DNA of 62,071 bases, filler included, from Candidatus Nezhaarchaeota archaeon WYZ-LMO8 (GCA_004347965.1; 5 parts of 5 records of this genome joined end to end with filler, not necessarily neighbours in it); one strand, 5' to 3'; positions 29,677 through 40,184 are shown, numbered from the whole stretch's first letter. The notes: generated by a model not told the origin, from the sequence alone. Numbers and translations are program-made.

Positions 29677-30969
29677 GTGAGCTCCTTCATGAACCTAAAG
29701 GAGGTACTTGATAGCGAGGACTTAACTTTCTCTGAGAAGATCATATCGATAAAGCAGGAAGAACCGAGAAGCATTAAGAGAGCAGGGGAGATAGCTGTAG
29801 TAAAGGTGGACTTAGCTGCTGGACAAGATGGCACAGCTCCTCTAGCAATAAAGATCTTTGAAGAGATAGGGGGAGAAAGAGTTTGGAATCCAAGCAATAT
29901 ACTACTCGTGTTAGATCACACTTATCCATCTTCCTCAGCTGAAATATCGAACTTACATAAGATAGTACGGGACTTTTCTCGTAAGCATAATGTAAGGTTG
30001 GTGGAGGGAAGCATAATACATCAAGTAATACTTGAGGACTATGCAGTCCCAGGTATGCTCATAGTCGGTGCAGATTCTCATACTACAACTCATGGATCAG
30101 TGGGAGCCTTCGCTACAGGCATAGGGAGTACAGAGCTGGCTGCTGTCATGCTTGGGGGGAAGATATGGTTTAAAGTGCCTTCAACTATTCGAGTTTACCT
30201 CGATGGCTACCTTCCTAAAGGCGTTTACTCGAAGGATGTGGCACTCCACTTTATAGGTCAAATAGGGGCTGATGGTGCAAACTACAAGTCAATTGAGTGG
30301 AGGGGGGAGGTAACGTCAAAGCTTTCAATATCTTCACGAGCAGTCCTCTGCAACATGAGCGTGGAGACTGGAGCTAAAAACGCTGTAGTAGAGTATGATG
30401 TTGTAACTGAGAGCTACTTGAAGGAAGTTGGAAGGAGCCCCATGGTCGTAGTGAAGTCTGGTCGAAAAGCTGAGGTAGAAGACGAGCTGCACATAGACTG
30501 CTCAAGACTTGATCCTCAAGTAGCTGTTCCCCATAGAGTCGATAACGTTAAGTCTGTGAGGGAGGTTGAAGGGACACCGATAGATCAAGCTTTCATAGGT
30601 AGTTGCACCAATGGGCGCTTAGAAGACCTCATCGAGGCGGCGAAGGTACTTCGAGGAAGGAGAGTCAAGGATGGAGTTAGGCTAATAGTAACTCCCGCTT
30701 CAAGGAGAGTCTACAGCGAAGCACTTAAACTTGGAATACTAGAGGTCCTCTTCGAGGCTGGAGCGATAATAACGAACCCAACTTGTGGAGCTTGCGTAGG
30801 CACTCACCTAGGAGTTTTAGGTGAAGGTGAAGTGGCTATTTCTTCAAGTAATAGGAACTTCGTTGGCCGAATGGGACATCCAAAATCTAAAGTTTATTTA
30901 GCCTCGCCCGCAACAGTTGCTGCGTCAGCCATAGAAGGCGTCATAACGGATCCGAGGAAGTTCTTATGA
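29677..30969 (+). CDS. leuC: 3-isopropylmalate dehydratase / homoaconitase large subunit
   Basis: [31 protein letters not shown]. Confidence 0.9.
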   Translation: MSSFMNLKEVLDSEDLTFSEKIISIKQEEPRSIKRAGEIAVVKVDLAAGQDGTAPLAIKIFEEIGGERVWNPSNILLVLDHTYPSSSAEISNLHKIVRDFSRKHNVRLVEGSIIHQVILEDYAVPGMLIVGADSHTTTHGSVGAFATGIGSTELAAVMLGGKIWFKVPSTIRVYLDGYLPKGVYSKDVALHFIGQIGADGANYKSIEWRGEVTSKLSISSRAVLCNMSVETGAKNAVVEYDVVTESYLKEVGRSPMVVVKSGRKAEVEDELHIDCSRLDPQVAVPHRVDNVKSVREVEGTPIDQAFIGSCTNGRLEDLIEAAKVLRGRRVKDGVRLIVTPASRRVYSEALKLGILEVLFEAGAIITNPTCGACVGTHLGVLGEGEVAISSSNRNFVGRMGHPKSKVYLASPATVAASAIEGVITDPRKFL

Positions 30970-31469
30970 ACGTGATTCGTGGAAGAGTTTGGAGGTTTGG
31001 AGATAACGTGGACACCGATGTGATAATACCGTTCAAGTACAAGGCTAGAACCCTAGATCCCAAGGAGCTTGCTCAACACGTGATGGAGGGCATAGACCCA
31101 GAATTCCCTAAGAAGGTGAAGCCCGGAGACATAATGGTTGCTGGAAGGAACTTCGGTTGTGGATCTAGTAGGGAGCAAGCACCACTGGCCATAAAGGCTG
31201 CTGGCATAGCAGCCGTAGTAGCTGAGAGTTTTGCTAGGATCTTCTTTAGAAATGCGATAAACATAGGTCTACCAGTCCTCGAGGTAAAGGGGGTATCCGA
31301 GAAGACCTTCGAGGGCGACGTGCTTGAAATAGACCTAGCTCAAGGCGTAGTTAAGAACTTAACTAGGGGGTTGACCTTCAAGGCAACACCCATACCAGAT
31401 ATGCTAATGGAGATATTAAGAAAAGGAGGTCTTGTCAACTACTTGAAGGAGCGTAGGCTCTCTCAATAG
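30966..31469 (+). CDS. leuD: 3-isopropylmalate dehydratase / homoaconitase small subunit
   Basis: [36 protein letters not shown]. Confidence 0.9.
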   Translation: MNVIRGRVWRFGDNVDTDVIIPFKYKARTLDPKELAQHVMEGIDPEFPKKVKPGDIMVAGRNFGCGSSREQAPLAIKAAGIAAVVAESFARIFFRNAINIGLPVLEVKGVSEKTFEGDVLEIDLAQGVVKNLTRGLTFKATPIPDMLMEILRKGGLVNYLKERRLSQ

Positions 31470-32497
31470 AGTCTGTTTAGGACCCCCAAGCTCTCATCGG
31501 TCTTCTTTACTGAAACCCTCCAATCTTTCTCTAGCTCGGTTAACGCTCTAATAGCGTCGATGTTATCTGGTATGACGTTAGATTCATTAGGAGTAGCCCA
31601 CATCAAGTAGACCTCGTTACCATTAACAGCAACGCTGTCTTCCCATACGGGTATCTCGTAGATGTCTCCTCGAGGTCTCCCTAAATCTCTTGCAAGCTCA
31701 ACTAGTGAGTTTAACGCCTCCACTCCATCACTCCCCCTCACCAAGACTACTCGATTCTCCTCTTCGAGAGCTTTTATGACCCCTTCAACGGTCGGCTTGA
31801 CCTTCGTCTCAACTATGCAGAAGTGCATGTGATAGAGGTTGTGAGAGCCCTTAGCAGCCATGGTGACTATGTCTATGTCGTGAAGGACTGTCTTAACGTC
31901 TGGACCGTGATGCGAGGGCACATGAAGCTCCGGTACTATGGTGTTTATTACCCCAGCTTTATGCGACTCCCACACATCACAGGCCCTCCTAACTATTACT
32001 GCCCTAGCCTTTGCGATGCCGTATGCTTTATTGAGGGCATTAAGGACTCTACATAGAGCAGTGGTATTGCAGCTAACAACTCTAGTGAACTGCTTGCCTA
32101 GGCTCTCATCATAATTACAAGTTGCAACGAATGATACTCCAGCTGTTTCGTGAGCTTCACCACCCTCAAACACAGCTTTAACACCATACTTCGCGTACAT
32201 CTCCTTATTCTTAGCGCCAACCTTAGCTGGTGTACAATCAACCACGACGTCGACGTCTTTGAGGGCATCGGTAATTAACCCCTCAACGTACACCCCTCCC
32301 TTCTTCATGTGGTCGACTCTATCAGGAGATGAGCAGTAGATATTGTAACCCTTCTTCACTGCCATCTTGACTCTCCAATCAGCTACTACATCTGATACTC
32401 CAACGAGCACCATGTCGTTCTGCTTAGTTACGGCATCAGCGACCCTCTTGCCTATAACTCCATAACCATTAACGAGAACCCTCACCTTAGCCTTCAT
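31463..32497 (-). CDS. gap: Archaeal type II glyceraldehyde-3-phosphate dehydrogenase
   Basis: [27 protein letters not shown]. Confidence 0.96.
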   Translation of the reverse strand: MKAKVRVLVNGYGVIGKRVADAVTKQNDMVLVGVSDVVADWRVKMAVKKGYNIYCSSPDRVDHMKKGGVYVEGLITDALKDVDVVVDCTPAKVGAKNKEMYAKYGVKAVFEGGEAHETAGVSFVATCNYDESLGKQFTRVVSCNTTALCRVLNALNKAYGIAKARAVIVRRACDVWESHKAGVINTIVPELHVPSHHGPDVKTVLHDIDIVTMAAKGSHNLYHMHFCIVETKVKPTVEGVIKALEEENRVVLVRGSDGVEALNSLVELARDLGRPRGDIYEIPVWEDSVAVNGNEVYLMWATPNESNVIPDNIDAIRALTELEKDWRVSVKKTDESLGVLNRLY

Positions 32498-32509
32498 AGC
32501 TCTTCACTA

Positions 32510-33751
32510 TTATCTTCTTTCCTTAATGAGCTTTAACTTTTCTGCATTTCTCTTTCCAATTTCGAGTGCATCTATTATGGGTAACCTCTTACCGGCAAGA
32601 AAATGCAGTAATGCTCCTCCAGCAGTACTCGTGTAGGTAACTTTATCCTCGGCCTCCAGCTTACGAAGAGCTGTTGTTAGGTGTCCTCCACTAACTATGG
32701 AAATGGCGTTGCTCCTCGATATCGCCTTTAAAACCTCCATGGTTGCTCTAGAGAACTGCTCTTCCTCAAACACCCCGAGAGGGCCATTAGCTATAATGCT
32801 TCCAGCCTTCGACACCTCGTTCAATATCATGTCGACGGTGTTAAGCCCTACGTCTTTAATCCTATACTCGCCAAGAATCTTACCTACTGGACAGTCGACT
32901 CTTTCACCATTCCTGTCGACAGCCACATCGACTGGTATCAGAAATACCTCTTCTCTCCATCGTAACAACCTCCTAGCCCTTTCAACACTACTCTCGAACT
33001 CCTTATCTTTCTTCACGTTATTGCTTGTAATTCTCTCTCCTTTTGCTTCAAGAAATACAGGTGCTAGTAGCCCTCCAACAATTATCTTATCAACGAGCCC
33101 AGTCTTAGTCAGGGTCTCGATGACCTCTAACCTATCTCCTATCTTAGCTCCTCCAAGTATGTACACTATGGGTCTCTTAAGTCGTGGGGTCATCTCTCTT
33201 AAGGCTTTAAGCTCCTTCTCTACTAATCTTCCAGCTACTGATGGGAGAGTGTAGGCGAAACCTACAAGTGAAGGTTGAGACCTATGCGCAGCTGGGAAGG
33301 CATCATTTACAAATAAATCAAATAGAGGACTTAGCTTTCGAACTAGGAGTGTTTTAGCGCAATCCTCTATTGAAGCCTCTATTATCTCCTCAGAATATAA
33401 TCTAGTATTCTCAAACAATAATATGTCGCCATTCTCAAGCTTCAGAACCTCACTTCTAGCTGCAGGGCCCATTAAGTCATCTATGAACCTTACGGGCCTT
33501 CCAACATACTTCTCTAATATGGTGGCGTGCTTCTCTAACGACACGAAATCACTCTTACCAGGTCTCCCTTGATGCGACATCACAACAACCTTGCTATCCT
33601 TAAGCTCTCTTAAAGTGATGCTGGCCTCCCTTATCCTGTTCTCGTCGAGTATCCTCCCATCAGGACCTATAGGAGAATTTATATCCACTCTAACAAGGAC
33701 CCTTTTGTCTTCGAGATAAACATCATCCAACGTCAGAAACTCGAAGTTCAT
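32510..33751 (-). CDS. pgk: Phosphoglycerate kinase
   Basis: RVDINSP, SHQGRPG, NDAFPAAHR, GGAK, GPLGVFE, STAGGA. Confidence 0.96.
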   Translation of the reverse strand: MNFEFLTLDDVYLEDKRVLVRVDINSPIGPDGRILDENRIREASITLRELKDSKVVVMSHQGRPGKSDFVSLEKHATILEKYVGRPVRFIDDLMGPAARSEVLKLENGDILLFENTRLYSEEIIEASIEDCAKTLLVRKLSPLFDLFVNDAFPAAHRSQPSLVGFAYTLPSVAGRLVEKELKALREMTPRLKRPIVYILGGAKIGDRLEVIETLTKTGLVDKIIVGGLLAPVFLEAKGERITSNNVKKDKEFESSVERARRLLRWREEVFLIPVDVAVDRNGERVDCPVGKILGEYRIKDVGLNTVDMILNEVSKAGSIIANGPLGVFEEEQFSRATMEVLKAISRSNAISIVSGGHLTTALRKLEAEDKVTYTSTAGGALLHFLAGKRLPIIDALEIGKRNAEKLKLIKERR

Positions 33752-33852
33752 CTACCACGACCTCGCATGTATGGCTATAGCTGTCGATGTCATGCGGTAG
33801 AATTAGTATTATTTAAGAACACTCTTTATATGTTTTAAATGCAAGGTACACA

Positions 33853-34326
33853 TTGATGCATGAGTCACAGAAGATAAAGCTCTACGTTCTGATGCTTGAG
33901 GAATGCGATCCAGATAAGTGTACAGCTAACAAGCTTGTAAGATTCGGCTTAGTTAAACCTCTTCGTAGGCTTAAAGAGGTTCCTCGCGGCTGCATAGTCT
34001 TAAACCCGTTGGCGGAGGACTACTTATCCATTAAAGACAGAGAGATAGCCTTTCAACGAGGATTGCTAGCAGTAGATTGTTCTTGGAAGAGCGTACAGAA
34101 CTTCTTCAACAATGTCAGTATAAAGGGCCATCATAGAAGATTACCGAGGCTAATAGCTGTAAATCCCATTAACTTCGGCAATCCCCACATCTTGTCAACG
34201 GTGGAGGCCCTAGCTGCGTCACTATACATACTTGGCTTTAAAGATCAGGCAGAAGAGCTCCTGTCAATATTTAAGTGGGGCTCTCACTTCCTAAAAGTTA
34301 ATGAGAAGCTGCTAGAAAGATCTTAG
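33853..34326 (+). CDS. tsr3: 16S rRNA aminocarboxypropyltransferase (DUF367)
   Basis: CDPDKCT, DCSW, RRLP.L.AVNPINFG, LSTVEALAA, FKWG. Confidence 0.92.
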   Translation: MMHESQKIKLYVLMLEECDPDKCTANKLVRFGLVKPLRRLKEVPRGCIVLNPLAEDYLSIKDREIAFQRGLLAVDCSWKSVQNFFNNVSIKGHHRRLPRLIAVNPINFGNPHILSTVEALAASLYILGFKDQAEELLSIFKWGSHFLKVNEKLLERS

Positions 34327-35231
34327 CACTTGCACTTTCTTATGATTGTGTCGACTATTGCTTCAGCAGGCCTTACTCCAGTGGCTTCTGCAAGTCCTTG
34401 CCAATCCGGAGCAGCATTAACTTCAAATATAACATAGCCCCCCTCCTCGGTTTCAGCTATGTCGACTCCCGCGTACCATAAGCCAAGCCCCTCGCAAGCC
34501 TTTATAGCCATCTCCTTGACCTCATCAGGGGGATTGTAGGCCTTAGCCTTACCGCCCTGAGCTATGTTAGTGCGCCACTCACCAGGCTTCGTTATGAACC
34601 TTTGTATCGAAGCAAGTACTTCTCCATCCACAACGAATACTCTCACATCGTAAGCCTTCTTGTCTATGTACTCTTGGGCGTAAATCACTTGATTGAAGCT
34701 TAAAATCGTCTTAAAGACTCTAAAGGCTATCTCTGGGTTATCGATTAGAACGGAGCCATAGCCCCTAGATCCTATGAGGGGCTTAACCACCACTCTACCA
34801 AGCGCGGCGGCAAAGTTGTAAGCAAGCCCCAAATCCTCAGTAACGATTGTTCTGGGAACTCGAAGTCCAGCCTTTGAAAGAACGCTAAGAGCTCTATACT
34901 TATCTCGTGCCTTAGCCATCCCCTCAACTGGGTTCATGACTGTTACCCCCATCTGCTCCATCTCTTTTAAGAGTGTTAGTCTACGAACATACTGCTCGAC
35001 ACTAATAGTTGCTCCCAAGGACCTGATTATAGCTCCATCAACTTTAGAGATGCTTTTCTTGCCATAGAATATGGCTGTTTCATCACCAACTGAACTGGAT
35101 AAATCTGATATCCTCAAGAAAAGGGGGGTAAACCCTCTACTCTTTATTGTCTCCAAAATCTCTCTCGATGGTAAATCCGGCTTTTTCATATCATGGACAA
35201 CGGCTAATCTCAAGCTTCTTGAACCCCCCAT
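34323..35231 (-). CDS. RimK-family ATP-grasp alpha-L-glutamate ligase (MptN/CofF/LysX-like)
   Basis: DKY, VVKPLIGSRG, DVRVFV, WRTNIAQGG, GVD, EVN. Confidence 0.88.
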   Translation of the reverse strand: MGGSRSLRLAVVHDMKKPDLPSREILETIKSRGFTPLFLRISDLSSSVGDETAIFYGKKSISKVDGAIIRSLGATISVEQYVRRLTLLKEMEQMGVTVMNPVEGMAKARDKYRALSVLSKAGLRVPRTIVTEDLGLAYNFAAALGRVVVKPLIGSRGYGSVLIDNPEIAFRVFKTILSFNQVIYAQEYIDKKAYDVRVFVVDGEVLASIQRFITKPGEWRTNIAQGGKAKAYNPPDEVKEMAIKACEGLGLWYAGVDIAETEEGGYVIFEVNAAPDWQGLAEATGVRPAEAIVDTIIRKCKC

Positions 35232-35312
35232 AGAAGCAGTTCTCTCTTCAATAATAAACTCTGCGAAAAACTAAATAGAGAGCCCCTCCCTTGAGGATCG
35301 AGGTTCAATAAG

Positions 35313-35720
35313 TTGAGCTACGAGTTCGATGACGAGATCGAGAAAATAAGGGAGAGAAAGCTGAAGGAGATGATGAGTACGTCCTCAAGTGGAGGAGGTA
35401 ATGTACTACATTTAAATTCGAGATCCTTCAAGGAGATCTTGAAGAGCGAGTCGAGACCAGTACTAGTCGACTTCTGGGCTGAGTGGTGTGCCCCCTGTAG
35501 ACTCCTTTCTCCAATATTTGAGAGATTAGCTGAGAAGTACTCGGATAAGGTAGTTTTCGCAAAGGTTAACGTGGATGACTGCCCTGACATAGCTGAAGAG
35601 TATGGAATAATGGCCATTCCAACGCTCATCCTATTTACGAGCGGCGTAGAGGTAGAGAGAATAGTAGGTTTAGTACCTGAAAAGCGTATAGAATCCTTAA
35701 TAAAGAAGTACTTGACATGA
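35313..35720 (+). CDS. trxA: Thioredoxin
   Basis: VDFWAEWCAPC, IMAIPTL cis-Pro. Confidence 0.95.
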   Translation: MSYEFDDEIEKIRERKLKEMMSTSSSGGGNVLHLNSRSFKEILKSESRPVLVDFWAEWCAPCRLLSPIFERLAEKYSDKVVFAKVNVDDCPDIAEEYGIMAIPTLILFTSGVEVERIVGLVPEKRIESLIKKYLT

Positions 35721-35736
35721 AAACGTGAAGGCTACG

Positions 35737-38022
35737 TTAGAGAACAACTACGCCGATTCTATGCCTATCCTTCAACTCCCTCTTCTTCGCTTCGTTCCAT
35801 CCAGATACTTCTTGGTAGTACCCCGTCACTCTGCTCCAATACCTAACGTTAAGCGAATTGCATAGCGGACAGGAGTATAGGATACCGCCACTAACACTAG
35901 CACAATCCTCGCATATCGTTAGATCCTTGGTGTAAGCGAAGTACCCGACTTGGGTTTCCTTCGCTATCTTCCATGAAAGCTTAAGCAGGGCTTCAGGATC
36001 TGAGTATGCTTCTCCCAGCCACACGTGAAATATGTTGCCTCCACTCAAGAGCGGGAAGAACTTGTGCTCTATGCTTAGCTTCTCTGCTAAAGTTATTGGT
36101 GCACCCACGTAGACGTGAGTACCATTAGAATAGTATACTGGAACGTCCCTTACCCCCTCCTTCAACATTCTCAAGGCCCCATCAACATCCCCCTTCACAA
36201 CCTTCAAGGCCTTCTCTCTAAACTGTGGTGACAGCAAGTCGCTAACTGCTAACCTTTGAGCACAACTCTCAGCTGGTGTCCTAGCGAGAGCTAGCTTAAC
36301 GTCGTGCTTCCTCTCAAGCTCCTCCTTATACTTCCTCATCTCTATGAGGACCTTAACTAGTACTCTAACAGCACTCTCATGCTCGTGGAGCTGATAGCCG
36401 GTATGCCACTGAACCATCTCATTCCCCCCTACAACCCCTATGGTGTAGACGAGCTCGTCGAAGTCTACTGCTGGCGGCCCCCTCTTACCGGTCTTAGGAT
36501 CTATAGGTCTTTGCGTTGCGAAGGGGAGCCTGTTGTACTGTATCATGTTGTCCATCCATCTCTTCTTAGCTTTAAAGACCTCAATGCATAAGTCCATTAC
36601 CTCAAAAGCCTTTTCCAACAGCTTGTCGTCGTCACCGTTAGCCTGATATGCAAGCCTGGGCAGGTTTATGGTGACGACCTGCCATGCACCCATACTGAAA
36701 TGCTTCCCATCAACAAAGTTCATTTTATCGTAGAATTCAGGGTCACTTTCAGGAGTTTCAGTAAAGGTGTAAGCACAGCACTGATAGCATGAAACCCCCT
36801 TACCATAACCTCGATAAGGTGGAATCGCGTTATCGAAGTATGGAGTCCCATACTTAGCAACGACGTTGTGAACCAGCAGCCAATCCTCATAGAACTCATT
36901 CGTCAAACCTTCTGGAGTGAGATAGCCCTCTAGCTTCGGAAAGTTGAAGGGCTTCCCCCAGTAATCTCCCTTAAACGCAACCTCGTATATCGCTCTAAAG
37001 AATAACCTAGCTTCTTCCTCGTAGTCTCCATAGGTCTCAGGTCCAACCTTACCCCTCATCACGACTGGTTTGTCCCTCCAGATTTCAGGTATTGTTGGAG
37101 TCAACTGTATGTTTGAGAAGACCAATTGCCCTCCTCTAGCCACATAGGCTTGAGTAAGCTCGTAGAACATCATCTGAGCAAGCTGCATCATCTGCTTGTA
37201 GCTCAGCCCCTTGAGGTAGGGTGCTATGAAGACGTTGTAGTTATAGAAGCCTTGCCCACCAGCAAAGTTCGTTTGAGCTGCAGCCAGCACCTTTACGCTG
37301 TGGAGTATAGCAACCTCGGGGTGCATGGCTGGACCAGCAACGCTTGTCTTAAGCCCAGTGCCATCAGGCATAAGCCCGTAGTAGAAGAAGTACCTCAAGT
37401 CCCAGTCCTGGCAGAAAGGCCTCACACCAAAGTATTCAAGATCGTGTATGTGTATGTCCCCCTTAAGATGAGCATCGCCAACCTTTGGATGCAGTAAAAG
37501 CAGATACTCCTCCTTCGATAGCTTATCAGCCTTCTTCTTATGTGCTGTCTCAGCATTAGGCTGTAGGTTAGCGTTCTCCTTAGCTTCAAAGCCGAGACCC
37601 AAGTCTATGAGGTAGGCATCGTAAACCGGGGCACCGACCCTAGTTAGAATGTTCCTGTAGATAACGTACTCTGGGTGAGTCTCAGATCTTTCAAGCAAGA
37701 CGTTGTTGACGAGCTCTCTTATCAACGCTCCGCTAACGAACTTAGCCTTCATCTCAAAGATCCTCCTCTCAACCTCACGAGCTATCTCCTCAGCATCTCT
37801 AACGCTCATGGGCGGAATATCGAAGAACTCCTCAGCCAACTTAGTCTCTCTCACCAATTGTCTAACAATAGCGCTTCTATCCCAAGGAACCATGTACCCA
37901 TCCGTCGTCCTAACGAGGGGCTTGCCAGCAACGTAGTGTGAAGCCGCTTTAAGCCATGCTTCTAGAGAGGCCTGCCTATTCTTCAAGGCTGATCCTCTAT
38001 TGTTTCTACGAGAAGCCATCAT
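35737..38022 (-). CDS. nrdD: Anaerobic (class III) ribonucleoside-triphosphate reductase
   Basis: ATP-cone-like N-terminus, HIHDL, YQCC finger loop, TPAES, C-terminal CxxC...CxxC and RVTGY glycyl-radical motif. Confidence 0.95.
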   Translation of the reverse strand: MMASRRNNRGSALKNRQASLEAWLKAASHYVAGKPLVRTTDGYMVPWDRSAIVRQLVRETKLAEEFFDIPPMSVRDAEEIAREVERRIFEMKAKFVSGALIRELVNNVLLERSETHPEYVIYRNILTRVGAPVYDAYLIDLGLGFEAKENANLQPNAETAHKKKADKLSKEEYLLLLHPKVGDAHLKGDIHIHDLEYFGVRPFCQDWDLRYFFYYGLMPDGTGLKTSVAGPAMHPEVAILHSVKVLAAAQTNFAGGQGFYNYNVFIAPYLKGLSYKQMMQLAQMMFYELTQAYVARGGQLVFSNIQLTPTIPEIWRDKPVVMRGKVGPETYGDYEEEARLFFRAIYEVAFKGDYWGKPFNFPKLEGYLTPEGLTNEFYEDWLLVHNVVAKYGTPYFDNAIPPYRGYGKGVSCYQCCAYTFTETPESDPEFYDKMNFVDGKHFSMGAWQVVTINLPRLAYQANGDDDKLLEKAFEVMDLCIEVFKAKKRWMDNMIQYNRLPFATQRPIDPKTGKRGPPAVDFDELVYTIGVVGGNEMVQWHTGYQLHEHESAVRVLVKVLIEMRKYKEELERKHDVKLALARTPAESCAQRLAVSDLLSPQFREKALKVVKGDVDGALRMLKEGVRDVPVYYSNGTHVYVGAPITLAEKLSIEHKFFPLLSGGNIFHVWLGEAYSDPEALLKLSWKIAKETQVGYFAYTKDLTICEDCASVSGGILYSCPLCNSLNVRYWSRVTGYYQEVSGWNEAKKRELKDRHRIGVVVL

Positions 38023-38279
38023 AACCCCTCGATTATCTTACGTAGATTGTCTAGAAGGAGCTTATCACCGCTAAAGAGGTCACTTGCATAGAAGAACTTA
38101 CCATCAATCTCAAGCCCAGGAGTCTCCATCAAGAACACGTCCCTCATTATCAAGTCGGCCATGACGTCACTGTGAGATACGTCAACTACTTCATACTCCA
38201 CTCCCATTTCGTTTAACACCTTCTTAAGCACCTCACAGCGAGGACACTGAGGAGAGACGTAGAGCTTGACCTTAACCAT
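38019..38279 (-). CDS. Glutaredoxin-like NrdH redoxin
   Basis: CPRC motif, TP cis-Pro; 4-nt overlap with nrdD start. Confidence 0.85.
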   Translation of the reverse strand: MVKVKLYVSPQCPRCEVLKKVLNEMGVEYEVVDVSHSDVMADLIMRDVFLMETPGLEIDGKFFYASDLFSGDKLLLDNLRKIIEGL

Positions 38280-38638
38280 AACTAGATGGACCTCTCACAA
38301 GCTAAATACTGTTTTTGGTTTAAGAGAGATTTAAAGAATTGGCGGGTCTCTAAGCAGTACTGAAAAGATGTTATAGTTACAGCCCACTATTATCATTAGG
38401 AGTACTGTGTCCACTCTAAGCTGATACATTCTCGAGTGCGAAACTAAGCTAAGCGGATGAGCGAGGAACAATGCTCGTAACCACGCAGGCAATGTAAATC
38501 TTCGTTCACATAACACATGCTTCCTCCCTAATTAATCCACTCTCTCTAGAGGAGATGATACTTGCACGTAAACTTCATATTTATGTATTCCTTTTTTACT
38601 ATCTCGCTGTCTGTTACTAACTATTCACTACCTGTTCG

Positions 38639-39093
38639 GTGGGATTTTTGTCTAAAGCCATAGATGTACTGAGAGACGAAAAAGTTCAAAGACTACTTAG
38701 GATTATAAGGGATAAGAGGATTGAGCTCATAGAGCCTAAAGTAGAGTTTAACTTTGCAGTCAAGTACCCTGTACTCGATGATGCTAATATCCCTCCTGAA
38801 GAGGTCATAAAATCTCTCTCAGCACTAACTGAGGCTGGAATATTGATTTCAGATGTTGTGGATAACGTTGTCGTGTGTCCACACTGCTTCTCTCATAGAC
38901 TTATGATTAATGTTCGCTGCCCCTCATGCCATTCATCAAGGCTAGTCATGGGGAGAATGATAGAACACATGACCTGCGGGCACATCGACTTCGAGGAGAG
39001 GTTTAAGAGCGAAGAAGGCTTATTCTGTCCAAACTGTAAGAAGCCGCTTAACCAACTTGGCGTAGACTACAAGGTCTTCAGCTCCCTCTACAG
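38639..39093 (+). CDS. TackOD1 (thaumarchaeal output domain)-like Zn-finger protein, 3'-truncated
   Basis: CPHC, CPSC, IEHMTCGH, CPNCKKPL..LGVDY. Confidence 0.75.
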
Positions 39094-39193
39094 NNNNNNN
39101 NNNNNNNNNNNNNNNNNNNNNNNNNNNNNNNNNNNNNTTAATTAATTAANNNNNNNNNNNNNNNNNNNNNNNNNNNNNNNNNNNNNNNNNNNN
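39094..39193. other. Artificial contig spacer
   Basis: N44-TTAATTAATTAA-N44. Confidence 0.98.
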
Positions 39194-39349
39194 GGTGTCA
39201 TGGGTACACCAACAATAGTTTTTTACTGTAGCGGTAGGTATCTAGGTTCTTTAGTTGGCTTTATCCCTAAGGATTTTCTAAAGCATGCCATCGAGGACTT
39301 CATGTTCCGCTATAAAGAGTGTGTTAGGCAGAGCACAAAACTTGAGTAA
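39194..39349 (+). CDS. Thioredoxin-family protein, C-terminal fragment (contig edge)
   Basis: Manual translation GVMGTPTIVFYCSGRYLGSLVGFIPKDFLKHAIEDF...* is a Trx C-terminal half with cis-Pro. Confidence 0.75.
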   Translation, partial: GVMGTPTIVFYCSGRYLGSLVGFIPKDFLKHAIEDFMFRYKECVRQSTKLE

Positions 39350-39369
39350 AACATTTGGTGCGCTCAAAG

Positions 39370-39582
39370 ATTGACCTCTTCCTTGAGAGACATTTAAAGT
39401 CTAATGAGACTGCTTTACAGCCCTCTTCAGCAGCAATTTTATCTGCTCTCGGGTACATTTGTCACCACAAGGAAGCTCATCTTCTTTCTAGCAGCATACA
39501 CTGTTGATGTTATTTCAGCTGAACCAGAATCAATAATTATCGAATCATAAACTTTGTTAAATCCAGATAATTCAAATCCCAC
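39370..39582 (-). pseudogene. Thioredoxin reductase (TrxB/AhpF-like) remnant with large internal deletion
   Basis: VYDSIIIDSGSAEITSTVYAARKKMSFLVVT (eroded FAD motif) joined directly to NVPE..IAAEEGCKAVSLDFKCLSRK (C-terminal helix, frameshifted). Confidence 0.7.
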
Positions 39583-39820
39583 ATAGTATATCTCCTTGAA
39601 GTTTTATTAAAGCCGATCCTTAAACATGTCTAGGCTTCAGCTCTCGCATGATCAGCATAACCGGGCTCAAGAACATTAAAAGTTTACTATGAAGTTCTAT
39701 TTCGATGAAATTATGATACTTTAATCATGTAAATCGGTGCTAAATAAATTCTAAAAATTTGTTGTAACATTTCAAGAAAAATTTAATTTTTAATTTTCTT
39801 AAAATATTGGTAGGGTCTCT

Positions 39821-40118
39821 ATGGAGGAAGAAGTTAGAGTTCCTGTTCTCCCATCTGTCTATATTTACCATGATGAAGAGAAGTACTTGATCGAAGTTGA
39901 ACTGCCAGGAGTTGATAAGGAGAAGATACATTTTGGAGATGACTGAGAGGGGGTTCTGCCTTAAGGCGCCACGTAATGAAATTGAATACTTTGGTTGCTG
40001 GACCCTAACCCACGATATTAAGCCAAGCGAGGCGAAGGCAACCTTCAAGAACGGCCTTTTAACGATCACGGTTCCACTGGCGAAACCAATGAAAGGACAA
40101 AAAATATCCATAGAGTAA
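39821..40118 (+). pseudogene. Small heat-shock protein (Hsp20), frameshifted
   Basis: MEEEVRVP...YLIEVELPGVDKEKIH continues after a +1 T (T4 at 39931-39934) as LEMTERGF...AKATFKNGLLTITVP. Confidence 0.8.
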
Positions 40119-40150
40119 ATAGATCAATCACAAGCGAAGTACCCATGCTA

Positions 40151-40184
40151 TTTTCTCTTTTTATTATTTTTCTCTTTTTATTAT
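40151..40184 (+). repeat. Tandem 17-nt T-rich duplication, possible terminator
   Basis: TTTTCTCTTTTTATTAT x2, about 30 nt after the Hsp20 stop. Confidence 0.6.

Noticed and set aside
32697..33254. 185-aa ORF antisense to pgk, and the many similar short Ser/Thr/Leu-rich antisense ORFs
   Set aside because: Codon-mirror artefacts of well-supported genes
35313..39600. Apparent large redoxin cluster (trxA, nrdD, nrdH, then Trx fragment and TrxR remnant)
   Set aside because: It spans an artificial spacer at 39094-39193, so the two halves are unrelated contigs
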